The notes under the pieces: model-generated
What the model saw: only the letters and a program-made list of their open reading frames with translations
The model's database searches: none
Told to the model about the DNA's origin: nothing
From: Octopus vulgaris
Taxonomy: Eukaryota
Direction of reading: 5' to 3'
DNA: 64,000 nucleotides
Assembly: GCA_951406725.2 (NCBI GenBank)
Contig: OX597825.1
Span: 37,138,001-37,202,000, forward strand
Part shown: in pieces, positions 1 to 12,386 of the stretch
Layout: the number at the start of each line of letters is the position of its first letter
How positions within the stretch are numbered: the first letter of the stretch is position 1
Made by a program: the position numbers and the translations under genes

Positions 1-620
1 GAGAAGAAGAAGAAAAAAGAAGGCTGATAGAAGGAAAGAAGATAAATAGCAACAGCACGAAGATCAGCATGAGACAATTACACAAGGAAATATCAAAGCG
101 AAACCGACAAGAAAGAACTAGTGACTACAAGTCAAAGATCGTGCACTGACCCAAACCGCTATGCAAACACACGCTCATACACTCCCACATACACATTGAT
201 GCATAGGCATATATACATACCCCCTACACTCACAGGCATACAGAGACAATCTGAGACATACGCACATATACACGGATATATATATAGATACAGACAGAAT
301 CACTCGCAACAGGGATATTCACGTATGTAGACACGTAACTTAGACGCACTCGCATAGGCGTATCAACACATCAAACGCACACTCACGGATACAGATGCAA
401 ACACTGTACGTGCAGAGACAGAAAGCAATACGCACACAAATAAACACATACAGCGCTGGCGTGCACACACATACACACGTGCACACGCGCACACACATAC
501 ACACACGCGCTCGCGCAAACAACATTGCATTTGCACTCACAGGGGAAATGTTTTATTCATTATCAAACAGACGCTTTCGGCGTTCAAATCGATGAAATTG
601 TAAAAATACCATCAACGCCA

Positions 621-872
621 TCTTCCTCATCTTCTCACATACATCATCGTCATCATCATGATCATGATCATGATCATGACCATCATCATCATCATCAGCA
701 GCAGCACCATGATTATCATCATCATCACCATCATCATTATCATATCATTGTCATTATCTTCACCACCACCTCCACCACCACCACCACTAAAACCACCACT
801 ATCACCACCACCACCACCACCACTACCGACAACAACAACAACAAAGCCGTCATCAGCAACACAAACAACAGC
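621..872. repeat. Compound trinucleotide microsatellite (CAT)n-(CAC)n-(AAC)n
   Basis: Directly visible runs catcat..., caccac..., aacaac...; these produce the His/Thr/Pro-rich spurious ORFs at 525-946. Confidence 0.9.
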
Positions 873-1274
873 AAGAATACAAACATTCTCCTAAACTGCA
901 GACTATAGAAAACAACAAAGCTCTCACCATTCTTCAGGTTAAGCATTTCTATAAGAGAGAATTCCTATCCTATATTCTTCTGTTTTTGGTAAACTGACTT
1001 TCATTTCATGCTTCAATGCACTTAGATGAGTTTTGACGGCAGGAAAATTACAAAGCATGGATTTACAAACTTGCAACAGCATACTATATTTACACACACA
1101 CACACACAGACACACACAGACACACACACAGACACACACAGACACACATATGCACACACATAGATGTATGATTCTTGTGCACGCAATATATGTAAATTTA
1201 TATACGCATACATTCACTTGTATATATTCACGCTTGTTCATATACATGCATACATACCTACCTACATATATATG

Positions 1275-1326
<52 letters not shown>

Positions 1327-1999
1327 GGTATATGTCACGTATCTTTACGCTTATGTCAGTGCATTCATTCTCATATGTGACGAGTTAATTACAAAACGGT
1401 GGATAGAATACAAGAGTGATATTAAGATTAACATACGCTCACACATGCTTTGAAGCATACATAGATACACATGCACATATGTGTGCATGCATTTGTCCGT
1501 GTGTATACGTACATGCTGCATCTAATAATACTAATAACAAAAATGATGATGTTCATGATGATGGTAACGATGATGGTGGAAATGATGATTGTTGTGATGA
1601 TGAAGATGAGATCGTAAAAAGTGTAGTAAATATATACCGGACTTTACTTTTTCTGAAAGTTCAGGATGTTACACCCCGTGATTGTTCTGAAAATGTTTGT
1701 AATTAGAGTTTCTTATAAGCTGATGGTTTATTGGTTGATTTTTAAATGGAAACATTACCCATATGTTATATGCATATATAACATATATAGCACACACACA
1801 TGTATTTATATATATATACATCTATTGGTGTGGTTGGTGCGTGTGCTTACATCTTTTCTGGTTCCTATTAAAAAACTATAAAGCAATGTTCTATAAGAAA
1901 CTCAAATCACAGACAACGGGACAATTAAGGAGTTTAACATCCTGAACTTTTAGTAAAAAATTTTGGCATATTTTTGAACTCACCTTTTACGATCTGCTC

Positions 2000-2264
2000 T
2001 ACCACCGCCACCAACACCTACTCCGCCTTCCCCTCCTTCTCCTCCTCTTCTTCTCCTTTTCCTTCTCCTCCTCCTCCTCCTCCTCTTCCTCTCCTACACT
2101 TCCACACACTCTCCTCCTCTTCCCCTCCTTCTCCTCTTCTTCTTTTTCTTCTTCCTCCTCCACCCTCCGGCACTTTTCTTCCACATCCTCCTCCTCGTCA
2201 TCATGACAACGCCTCTCTAGCCCCCCCACACCACCACCACCACACTACCACACCACCACCACCA
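2000..2264. repeat. Pyrimidine-rich (CCT)n/(CAC)n low-complexity tract
   Basis: Runs of cctcct and caccac; source of the Pro/Ser-rich and Glu-rich ORFs. Confidence 0.85.
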
Positions 2265-2712
2265 AGGCCTGTTGCTTTGCTGGTCGTTGCCGTCGTCATA
2301 ATTATTGTTAAATTGAGATAACAATACTGTGACCTAATTAATTTCTGAATTAACACTTTTTATATAAATATACATATACATTGAATTATATATTCATATA
2401 TAATTACATAATATAATGCAATATGATTATATATAATTACATACAATTATATATTCATATAATATATAAACACCCATGTACACACATATACATACATGTA
2501 TATACATGCACACATAAGTCCTATGGTTAGTTGTTTATTTTTTTCTGCCTTTGTGTATTGAATCAGTTTGTATGGTCTATTGGTTTCAAGACTATAACGT
2601 TATGCATGTATGCACACCACACACGCATACAGAAATTACTGCTTATACACCCTTTTATGTTTTTAAGTATGTACACGAACCATTACCAATAATTAATAAT
2701 TAACCTTACGAG

Positions 2713-2915
2713 GGCGGGGACAGCAGGAATCGGTAAATCGTCTATCGAAATTCTTTACGGTATTTAGTTACATTTTTATAGATTCTGAGTTCAAATTTCT
2801 TCCAGGTCAACTTTGCTTTCATCCTTCCGGGTACGATAAAATAAGTTCTTCGATCAATATTATCAACTATAACCCCTCTCCAATATTTATGATGCTGTGT
2901 CTTGTATAAAATCAA
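2713..2915 (+). mobile_element. tRNA-derived SINE, family A (Meta-domain-like), degraded
   Basis: B-box-like gagttcaaat followed by ggtcaactttgctttcatccttccgggtacgataaaataagt; matches the copies at 15587 and 62876. Confidence 0.75.
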
Positions 2916-2919
2916 TATA

Positions 2920-4630
2920 CAGTGTATCTGTAAAATTTTAATGTTAATTTGTATATGTTTCCTTTATAGACCCCGAGAATGAATTCAAAGGAAGATGTAG
3001 TTATCGTTTGCAAGTTTTAGACGACTCACATGAGGATGATAGTTTCCCTTTTTTTTATGACTTATCCCAACTGAATACTAAATGAACAACACATGCTTTA
3101 GTGAAGAATCAATATTTCATAAGTGTGGCGAAATAAACCACCACAATTGTTGTGTTTGTGAAGATGAGGTGCACAAGACTTTGTCTATCACTTGTCTAAG
3201 ATTTATGTCGCGATGTATATGATAAAGTGTAAGATAGAAGGTGCATTCCAGAAGTTTTGGGGATTTTCAGGAGAGACATTTATTAAATTCAAAGAAATAC
3301 AAAACTCTAATCTTCAGAGTAGGATCCGCTCCTCTGGCTTCAATGCTTTTCATTTAGCCTCCAGCCACGTTGTGAAGGCCCCGTGGAAGTCCTCCAAAAT
3401 AACAGTGTACAAGATCCTTGTCATAGTGTCTGTCATCTTGCCCTTCAGCTGTGGTAATAATCAAAAGTCACAGGGAACAAGGTTTGCACTTACGAGTTGG
3501 GTGAGCGACAGTTTTGAAGCCACCTTTGTCAAGTAGTTGTCTACCAGGATGGAACTGTGGATTGGAGTATTGTCAGGGTGCAGGTGCTCAGGTGTTTTGC
3601 GATGAAATCGCCCCCAAACCTTTACTAACCACCCTCTGTTGACCGTCTGGCAAGAGGGAATACAGTGGATGAAAAGATGGCTTTGCTGTCGAAAAACGGG
3701 ATAATTATGAGCTTTCCGGAAACTTACTTTGTCTGGCCTTTTGTGTCAGTGAAAAACAGCTGCTAAGCTCATGTAAGTACCCCATAAGCAGTCTGGTGCA
3801 TTTTATAAGCTTCTGTAGCGTTTGTTTCTAGTTTCAAAACAATTTTTGTTTGCATAGCGAGTTTCGAAATTGTCTTATCGCCCCGACTGCATCCTGCAAA
3901 CTAGTCATCTGCTATTGGTAGTGTTTAGTAGGGTATGTTCAAAGTGCTGGTAGAGCCGCCTCTCACAATCTGGAATAATAACAGTTATCAGGTCTACTTA
4001 TTAGATGTTTCGTAACAACACTCAAAAAAATTACAATAATCTAGTACTATTATAACTGATTCTCCTAAAATTTGTGTCCAAAACATCTGGAGTTCACCTC
4101 GAATATGGACTCTTTTTCTTCCACAAAGCCATAGTTACAAGATAAATTTCCCTTGACGTGTGTGTAACAATACCATCAGACCTTAATTAACAAGAGAAGA
4201 GATCATATGTACTGTGGCTTTTCAACAAAGTAAGGCCTTTTATCTTTACGCTAAAACTGATTAGGATTTCTTGCATTAATGCTTTCCAAATTGATGACTT
4301 GGATGTTAGATTAGCAAATCTTAGTCAGCTAGATAGCTAGATTTAAAACATTTTTGAATCTTTAGAAGAAATTTTATCAAATCGCAAGTCTTCTGAACCA
4401 TGGCTACGTCATTGGATCATTTACGTAAAGCTATTCAGAATATTAAAAATGACATAACGCTGCATATATTCCAGAATGTGTGTCACGATATGCTGCGCAC
4501 GAATACTGATGGCTGTCATAACGAACCTGTGTCTGGAACTTCAGTGTTATTCAACTTTCATTGCATAATGGAATTTTTTATAGTTTTAGTGCTTCATTAA
4601 AATTGATAGGGACTTTATTGATACACACAG
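2920..4630 (+). mobile_element. Very old Tc1/mariner-superfamily remnant interrupted by a mariner
   Basis: C-terminal-like peptide ATSLDHLRKAIQNIKNDITLHIFQNVC...DGCHNE (4400-4525); weak terminal similarity between ta-cagtgtatctgtaaa and ctttattgatacacacag. Confidence 0.35.
3237..4012 (-). mobile_element. Degraded, internally deleted mariner
   Basis: Minus strand reads LHPDNTPIHSSILVDNYLTK...NLVPCDF*LLPQLKG, the remnants of the HDNA and SPDLAPCDF motifs; TA at both ends. Confidence 0.75.
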
Positions 4631-4939
4631 TTAGACGATGAGATTTCAGCTGCTCGATGTGTGTATGGTGTCTATGTCACTGAACATTTCAAAGAAACGT
4701 GTGTACTTTATATAATTTCAATGCGAATCTGCGTGGCACAATGTTTGAAATACATGTGAAGCTCATCTGAGGGTTTTCATACGGTTTCTGCCGACCCAAC
4801 GTCATCTTATACAATGCTTGGTCAGAATGTTACAATGGCAAGCACATGGCCACAATATACCGCGACTTAGAGCGTTTTTAAATACTCAGATATAACTGCT
4901 TACACGCACACAGACATACACAGATACACTTACACACAC

Positions 4940-4975
<36 letters not shown>

Positions 4976-6014
4976 AGACATTCACAAACACACACACATA
5001 CACATGAGCATACATGCATGCACGCATGAGTACATGCATCCATACGCTCATAATATTCATGGTATAGTTCGATAATTTGTCTTGAGAAAAAGAATTTAAC
5101 TTTGTGGGCATTATCTTTCCTTCTAAGACGAAGAGTGTACAGAAGTTTTGTTGATTTAGTTTCAAAATTGCGAATGAAGAAGAGAAGTGTGGTGTGTGCA
5201 TTTGCGTATGTGTATGTATGTGTGCATTTGTGATATTTGTGTGTGCGTATGTGTGCATGATGTGAGGAGAGAAGGAAAACAAGCGGTTGGTGGTGGAAAT
5301 AGAACGCGATGAGAAAGATGGGTAATGCTGTAAAGAGTAAAGAAGGGATGGAATAAAGGAAACGTTTGTAACAATACAGAAGTAAATTGAAACGGGAGAT
5401 GGTAAGAGTCCGTTTCAGTGAGATTTGAAGATTGTATAATACACTTGAAAATTACGGTGTATCGCTTTTTAGTTGGGGTATAATCTTAGTATTGCGTGGC
5501 TAATATTGAATATCTATTAAATGATAGTATACTATGCATTTCAAAGTATTCATAAAACGCTGTATAACATAGCATTGAATTAAGTATCATGAACATAAAG
5601 CAAAAAATAAAGTATGGACAACAACTACACATGAACACTGGCAGACAGGTGAATGCACGAGATAAAGAGCGAAGGGGGAAAGGAAATGGTAAAAGAATAT
5701 TCCAGAGAATAGAAATCAATAAGAGAGTAGCGGAGAACTGTAAAGTAAAATATGACAGTGATGAGCGATAGAGAATATTAAAGTAATAGGAGGTTAGTGT
5801 GTGGAGTGAGGAACTGTATATAGGTGAGTGAGATTGATAGAAATAGTCAGCAGGCTGTAGAGGTGAGAGATGAAGCTAGTTATAAAATATTCAGGCACAC
5901 GGTCCAACTATGTGCACTACATATACACTGTACATAAAGTGTGCAGTGATATGTGCTGTGTGTGCACAAAACTGAATGCAACATGCTTATCAATGTAATG
6001 CATACACAAACATA

Positions 6015-6124
<110 letters not shown>

Positions 6125-6129
6125 ACACA

Positions 6130-6199
<70 letters not shown>

Positions 6200-7279
6200 G
6201 TATATAGAAATAAAATGATCGGTAATAGAAAAGACGGAAAAGGTTAAAATATAAGAGTGGGCAGTTGTCTTCTAGTTGCTAACCGTAAGCTATAAAAAAA
6301 CAACTTTTTAACCTTATCGAACTTCGATATGAGAAAGCCTGCAACCTTCTTCACCAATAGACTATTATTGTTCCCGAAAGTGTTTTATATACCTACCACG
6401 GACTACTCGAATTTTACTAACTTCCAACATCTAGATCTTTGAATCTTACAATTACACATTATATATCTGTCTGAATGTATCTATGTATATACATACATAC
6501 ATACGTACATACATACAGACAGACAGACATACAGACAGAAAGACAGATACGCACACATATAAATACATATACACATGCATATTTTTAACCGGCAGAATGC
6601 GGCTCTGCCCGAAATTCTCAGCTCTTTAGCCACTTTAAGGTATAATATTTGTTCTAATTCTGATAATATGCCATTCTGAATTTGGTTGGCTTGCTTCTTA
6701 TCTTGTCAGTTAAAACTGCTCTCTAGGATTGTTATTTTTGTTAGCTAAGGTTCGATGGTTTATATTTAAGGTATTTGTGACCTCATGTTTATTGCGCTTC
6801 AGGTCACTTGTTTAATATCATTCTTCTCAAGTTGTTTTGCTTGTTTAGAATGGTTTTTTAAAATTGATTCTTATTTGATCCATCACGGTTGTGGTTAGAC
6901 AAGGTTAGGTGGTTCGATCTCTGTTATCATTGAATTGTTATTCTGTACAATTGAAAGTATGTGAAGTTTTCTTTTGCATATACACATATACATGTAGATG
7001 TATATATGTATATTTAAATATAATCATATACATACTTGTGCAAGAATCCATATTTATATACTTATGCTCACATGCATGCACACACTCATATATCTATAAA
7101 AGTATGTTGAAGGTTAGCGACTGAAAACAAACGAATTACGTGTGGGATTTAAAATTCTTTTGTTTGCATTAAAATATCTGTATATGTGTATATGGATAAA
7201 AACGCATACGAAAGCACGCACGCGCATAAAAATGCACACATATCTATATACATGTATTTATATATGTATATATATATAA

Positions 7280-7314
<35 letters not shown>

Positions 7315-8349
7315 GATTATATATATATATATATATATATGTATATTTATGTATACACACACATATGTATGTATACCAGTCCGTAAGCAAATACGCATTA
7401 TGCATACATCCACATATGTGAGTATGCGTGAATATACAGGAACGTTCCTATATTTGAATGTATGCCTTTTATACAAATATAAGAGCATAAAGGTTTTGCT
7501 ATAAATACGCATACCTAAATATATAAATACGCGTCAATGCAAAGATAGACATGCACACGCACGCGCATTGACATTCAGGAAGATTAGCATATATACGCAC
7601 ATGCATAAATATATATGCACCGAAATGTAACTTACATTTGCATTGTTCACAGGCAAACAGAACATTTCAATACACACACATATGCTTTGATGCATGCGTT
7701 CACACAAGCGTGCAACTGAGTATATACATGTCTGTGTATGTGTGCATGTATATGCATACATACATACAGAGAGGGAGAGAGTGAAAAAGAGAATGAGAGA
7801 AAGAAAGAAAAAGTGAAAGAGAGAGAGGGAGAGAGAGAGGAATATGGTTTTTACAAACAAAACACCGAAAATGATATTTCAATAATAACAGGACACGAAT
7901 TCACCGAACCATAGCAAAACAGGAAGCAACTCTAGGAAAACATTTTTTGCGACAATGGAAGCACCTTGGTAAACAATGCATGAAACAAGCGAACCGGAGC
8001 GAGAGATTCAGGTTATCAGAAAAAGGAAAGCCATCCATTTTCCTACTTATGATGTCGCTTGCTTGTTCCGCTTGAATCAGAGTATGTAATCTTTGCCTGG
8101 CCCAGTGATTTAAAGCTCCTAATTTCCCTTTCAGGACAATAGAATATTAAATATAAAATCTGTTGATTAAGTGTTAAGTGTAGTATTTTAACTAGTGGGT
8201 GTGAGTTTAATTTCTGACTCAATGAAGCAATATATAATAATGATTCAAGCAGAAAGTGAAAGTGAAATCCCGTGCAGGATAATTAATACGAAAGTGGAAA
8301 AAGTCGACATCCTAAATAAATAAATGATTCGGTTCAAAAAGTCGACAAC

Positions 8350-8452
8350 AATACCGAATACGTTGGGTCGCCCGAAGAACGCATAACGATCGAAACGCTG
8401 TGACTATAAGAATCAAGATGTTATTTCGAATGTGTCTGTATATAGTAATGAT
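8350..8452 (+). mobile_element. PLE-type 3' tail with a degenerate hammerhead core
   Basis: ccgaaga...cgaaacgctgtga-ctataagaatcaagatg; core differs from CTGANGA. Confidence 0.4.
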
Positions 8453-8696
8453 ATTTTTACAGGGTATATGTGTATCACACATTCACTCACAAACATATAT
8501 TTCTATCCAAAATGGAGACGAACACCATTTATCCGTGTGATCTGCTTGAAAAATTGTTAATTTATTAAGATATTTCTTTATTCTTAACATGAAACCAATA
8601 GTAGCCTTAATATACAAATAAAGAAATTCTATCCACCAATGTGGTGTTGAGCACTCATTTTCACTGTTCGACACTTACGCGTATATATATATATAC

Positions 8697-9121
8697 ATAT
8701 TTATAAATTTGTAAACAAACTCGAAGACAGTAAATTGTGGACAAAAGCGATACATATAGGTACTTTTTAATAATAACTATATATATTATTTATATAATGA
8801 TATATATTCAATTTAGAGTGATTAAATCTAAATAATTGACAGAAAAAGAAATGGGCCGAACCACTGGGAACTGAACACGACATCAATGCTAACATGGCTC
8901 CGTTACAAATTTATAAATACATATATTAGACTAAAATTGTCTATGCATTAAAATTGTCTGTAATTGCTGGGTGGGTTATGTGGCTGAATTGGGTGCGTAC
9001 GGGGCCATGTTAAGCATTGATGCCGTGTTCAATTTCCAGTGGTTTGGCCAACCTTTTTTTTTTCAGTTTTTTATGCTTAATCGCTTTAAATGGAGCATAT
9101 ATTATTATATAAATAATATAT
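8697..9121. repeat. Nested inverted repeats: about 120-bp arms (8781-8903 / 8999-9121) plus an 18-bp pair (8697-8714 / 8903-8920)
   Basis: ccactgggaactgaacacgacatcaatgctaacatggctccgt pairs with acggggccatgttaagcattgatgccgtgttcaatttccagtgg. Confidence 0.85.
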
Positions 9122-9410
9122 AATCATAGTCATTTTACGTATATATGTGTGTGTATGTATGCATTTATGTCTATATCTATCTATATAATTTACTGTCCCG
9201 TTAAGGTAAGAACAATAGAAAAAAGCACGACATCCAGTGAGAGATAAATATGATCTAATACACACATTATAAAGATACAAGCTGCTAATGGTTTTTACTT
9301 TACAGGCAAAACCAGCCTCTCTAAAACACGAAACTCTTAGTAGCATGTGGCTTTATATTGTATATATTAAATGATGTATGTATGTAAATATATATGTATA
9401 TATATATATA

Positions 9411-9860
9411 TTCCCATTTGATAGGGGCAGAAGGCAGTGCAACCTTTGTGTCTCCGAACTCTTCCATATTTTGTTTGCCAGAGGCCGGATGGTAAACGGG
9501 CTTTTACAGTCGGCTTTTCGATGCCCCCATTGGCGGCGTTACACTTATCTGGCTTTTAAATAACGTTTATAAATAATACCGGCACCCATAGCCCTTGGTA
9601 ACAAATTCTGAAATAGCCTTTAAGATATCTACGATTAACCACTGCAAGGGGAATTACTCCTGTAAGACAAACGGGGCTTGGTTTTTTCACAGCGGGGGGT
9701 TTCCTTGACAAGGCAGGCTTAGATGAACACACACACACATAAAACATGATATATATATATTTTTTTTCTGCCACCCAACGGTTATCACGGCAGTAGCCAC
9801 TGACAGCCGAACGATCAAACGCACACACGTACACAAAAAATGTTTTCTACCCCTACGCCA
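9411..9860 (+). mobile_element. 5'-truncated PLE: GIY-YIG C-terminus plus 3' UTR
   Basis: Directly after (TA)n the frame reads PFDRGRRQCNLCVSELFHIL...VN...CPHWRRYTYLAFK*, the CxLCxxE...N...CxH tail of PLE endonucleases (compare 52590-52720). Confidence 0.7.
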
Positions 9861-9899
9861 ACACACACATATATAGAACAGTATACACACACACACGTC

Positions 9900-10281
9900 T
9901 CTAAGTAGATTTTTTCTCGCCCCTTATAAAACATCCAATATTCCTTAAATAGTCAGAACTTTATTCTCGGTCACAAAGAACATCTACGCACCCTCACCCA
10001 CATGATTGACCGATGCCTGACCCGTTGAATTCTTCAGCCACCGGTTCTCAACATACACTGATAAACAGTTTCGCCATGGGCTCTTAGGAGCATAGTTCGA
10101 TTTGTTTTTGCTCCGCCTCTGTTCTGTTTTTGTTTTTCCAACGGATTTCCTATTTTCTTCCTGAAGAGAAAGACACAATATGGTCCCATTATTCCATCGG
10201 ATTTTGGTAATTTGTGCCTTTCGAAACACGTGTAGAATGAAATAAAACGATTTCTGTTCAATCTGCGTTCAGCTCCATTTC
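9900..10281 (+). mobile_element. PLE 3' tail containing a hammerhead ribozyme and ending in (TA)n
   Basis: HHR motif, then AATAAA and a pyrimidine-rich tail, then about 80 bp of (TA)n. Confidence 0.65.
10151..10244 (+). ncRNA. Type I hammerhead ribozyme (PLE-type, extended stem II)
   Basis: Stem I tattttcttc/gaatgaaata; core CTGAAGA; stem II gaaagacacaa/ttgtgcctttc; GAAAC-ACGT-GTA; predicted cleavage after A10234. Confidence 0.75.
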
Positions 10282-10299
10282 TTCAATTCACCAATAATG

Positions 10300-10362
<63 letters not shown>

Positions 10363-10383
10363 TGTGTGTGTATATGCATGAAT

Positions 10384-10793
10384 CTTTCTTTTCTCTCTTT
10401 TACTTGTTTCAGTCATTTGACTGCAGCCATGCTGGAGCACCGCCTTTAGTCGAGCAAATCGACCCCCATGACTTAATCTTTGTAAACCTAGTACTTATTC
10501 TATCGGTCTCTTTTGCCGAACCGCTAAGTTACGGGGACGTAAACACACCAACATCAGTTTTCAAGCCATTGTGGACGAACAAACACAGACACACAAACAT
10601 ATACACACATACCTAAATATACATATATACGACGGGCTTGTTTCAGTTTCCGTCTACCAAATCCACTCACAAGGCTTTGGTTGGCTTGAGGTTATAGTAG
10701 AAGACATTAGCCCAAGGCATCACGCAGTGGGACTAAATCTGGAACCATGTGGTTGGTAAGCAAGCTACTTATCACACAACAACTCCTTGGACC
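10384..10793 (-). mobile_element. Full-length tRNA-derived SINE, family B (octopus OK/OR-like, with a central microsatellite)
   Basis: tRNA-like head at the right end, ctactata-acctcaagccaaccaaagccttgtgagtggatttggtagacggaaactgaaa core, central (TG/TA) tract and A-rich tail; several homologous copies in the window. Confidence 0.85.
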
Positions 10794-11196
10794 TGGATCT
10801 TGAAACTATAAATAATACCGTATAAATAATGCTTTCGAGTAGAATATGTCGAAGGCTGCCCTTGATCCATCATATCAATACTATTTGTATGTGTGTGTAT
10901 ATGTGATCAGGGCAGGTGGAGCTATTAGCGATAGAGTCATACGTTTCAGTTTTATTACAAGTTTGCTGCGGTCCACTTTACCTGTTATTCTTATCGGGAT
11001 CGATAAAAAAAAAACGGTTCTCGTACCGAGAAGTGAAATAAATAGAATTATAAAAGCGTGAGACTAGATACTCTGGGTTATAGATTTTCGTTTTGGGCGC
11101 TGTGGAGGCAACAATCACGACGTCATTGGAATCGTGCTGTATCACCTTTACCTTGCAGGTGGCAAAAATCGATGACCTGAAGACGCTGACTTCCAT

Positions 11197-11293
11197 GTAT
11201 GGGTAAGCTTGCTTTGCAATCACGTGGTTTCGGTTAATTACTACTTCACAACATCTTGAGGATGTATCTTCCACTATAGCCTCGGTCCAACTA
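11197..11293 (+). mobile_element. SINE family B 5' fragment
   Basis: gtaagcttgctt...tcttccactatagcctcggtccaac is homologous to 10384-10793. Confidence 0.6.
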
Positions 11294-11299
11294 GTGGCT

Positions 11300-11755
11300 T
11301 CTAACCTCCTCAACAACGACAAACTTTCTGCATGAGTTGTTCGCGAGATTTGGCGCCCCAGACACGATAGTATCTGACAATGAGACGCAAATTGTCTTTT
11401 GAGTTTAAAAGGTCTTATAAAACGTTCGCTGCAGAACATGTAACTACGGCATCATACCATCCCAGATCTAACGGACAAGCAGAACGATTTGTCGATAGGT
11501 TCAAGAGAGCCCTAAGAAAGTCAAATAAGAAAGTCACGGATAAGGTAGCTCTACAACAATTCTTAAGAGTACACCGTGTGATACTAAATCCAAACACACC
11601 AGCAGGTAAGACACCTGCGGAGCTGATGTTTGCAGGGAAAATACAATCACTCTTTGGCAAATTACTATCTGGAAAGAAAAAAAAATTACCAGCACGATAT
11701 TTCAAATTTGTGAAAACGTAGTTGTCAGGACATATGAGAACGGAAAACAAAGGCG
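11300..11755 (+). pseudogene. Ty3/Gypsy LTR-retrotransposon integrase core fragment (frameshifted)
   Basis: HELFARFGAPDTIVSDN / HVTTASYHPRSNGQAERFVDRFKRAL...GKTPAELMF are rve DDE motifs; no LTR seen. Confidence 0.9.
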
Positions 11756-11769
11756 AGATACTTTATCCA

Positions 11770-11867
<98 letters not shown>

Positions 11868-11925
11868 CTATGTGTATGTCTGTATATCTATCTATTATCT
11901 ATCTAGCTATGTGTCTGTCTGTCTA

Positions 11926-11989
<64 letters not shown>

Positions 11990-12002
11990 ATTACTGAGAC
12001 GT

Positions 12003-12226
12003 ATAGAAACCAACACCAACTAGCAAGCGAGTGGGGAACATAGATTAAAACACGCAAACGCACACATTCACATATCTATATATTTACGATGGGCTTCCAC
12101 CAGGTTTCCGTCTACCAAATTCTCTCCAAAGGCTTTAGTGAGCTCCCAGTCTATAGTAGGTGATATCTGTCCACAGTGCCGTAGAGTGGGAGTGAAGCCA
12201 AATTACAAGGTTGCATGTCTACGCCT
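12003..12226 (-). mobile_element. SINE family B, degraded
   Basis: gggcttccaccaggtttccgtctaccaaattctctccaaaggcttt...ctatagtagg is homologous to the 10.6 kb copy. Confidence 0.7.
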
Positions 12227-12329
12227 ACACACACACACACACACACACACACTCTCACATACTCACACACACGCACGCACACACGCACGCATACACGCAC
12301 GAATGCACGCACACACACACGCGCACACA

Positions 12330-12386
<57 letters not shown>

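Noticed and set aside
525-946. His/Thr/Pro-rich ORFs
   Set aside because: Compound trinucleotide repeats that are open in several frames and on both strands; no domain
6588-6960. GGCAGA/TCTGCC hairpin next to cgaaa, a possible HHR or PLE end
   Set aside because: The core cannot be completed convincingly on either strand
8970-9050. tRNA gene
   Set aside because: A/B-box-like motifs only; no cloverleaf could be drawn
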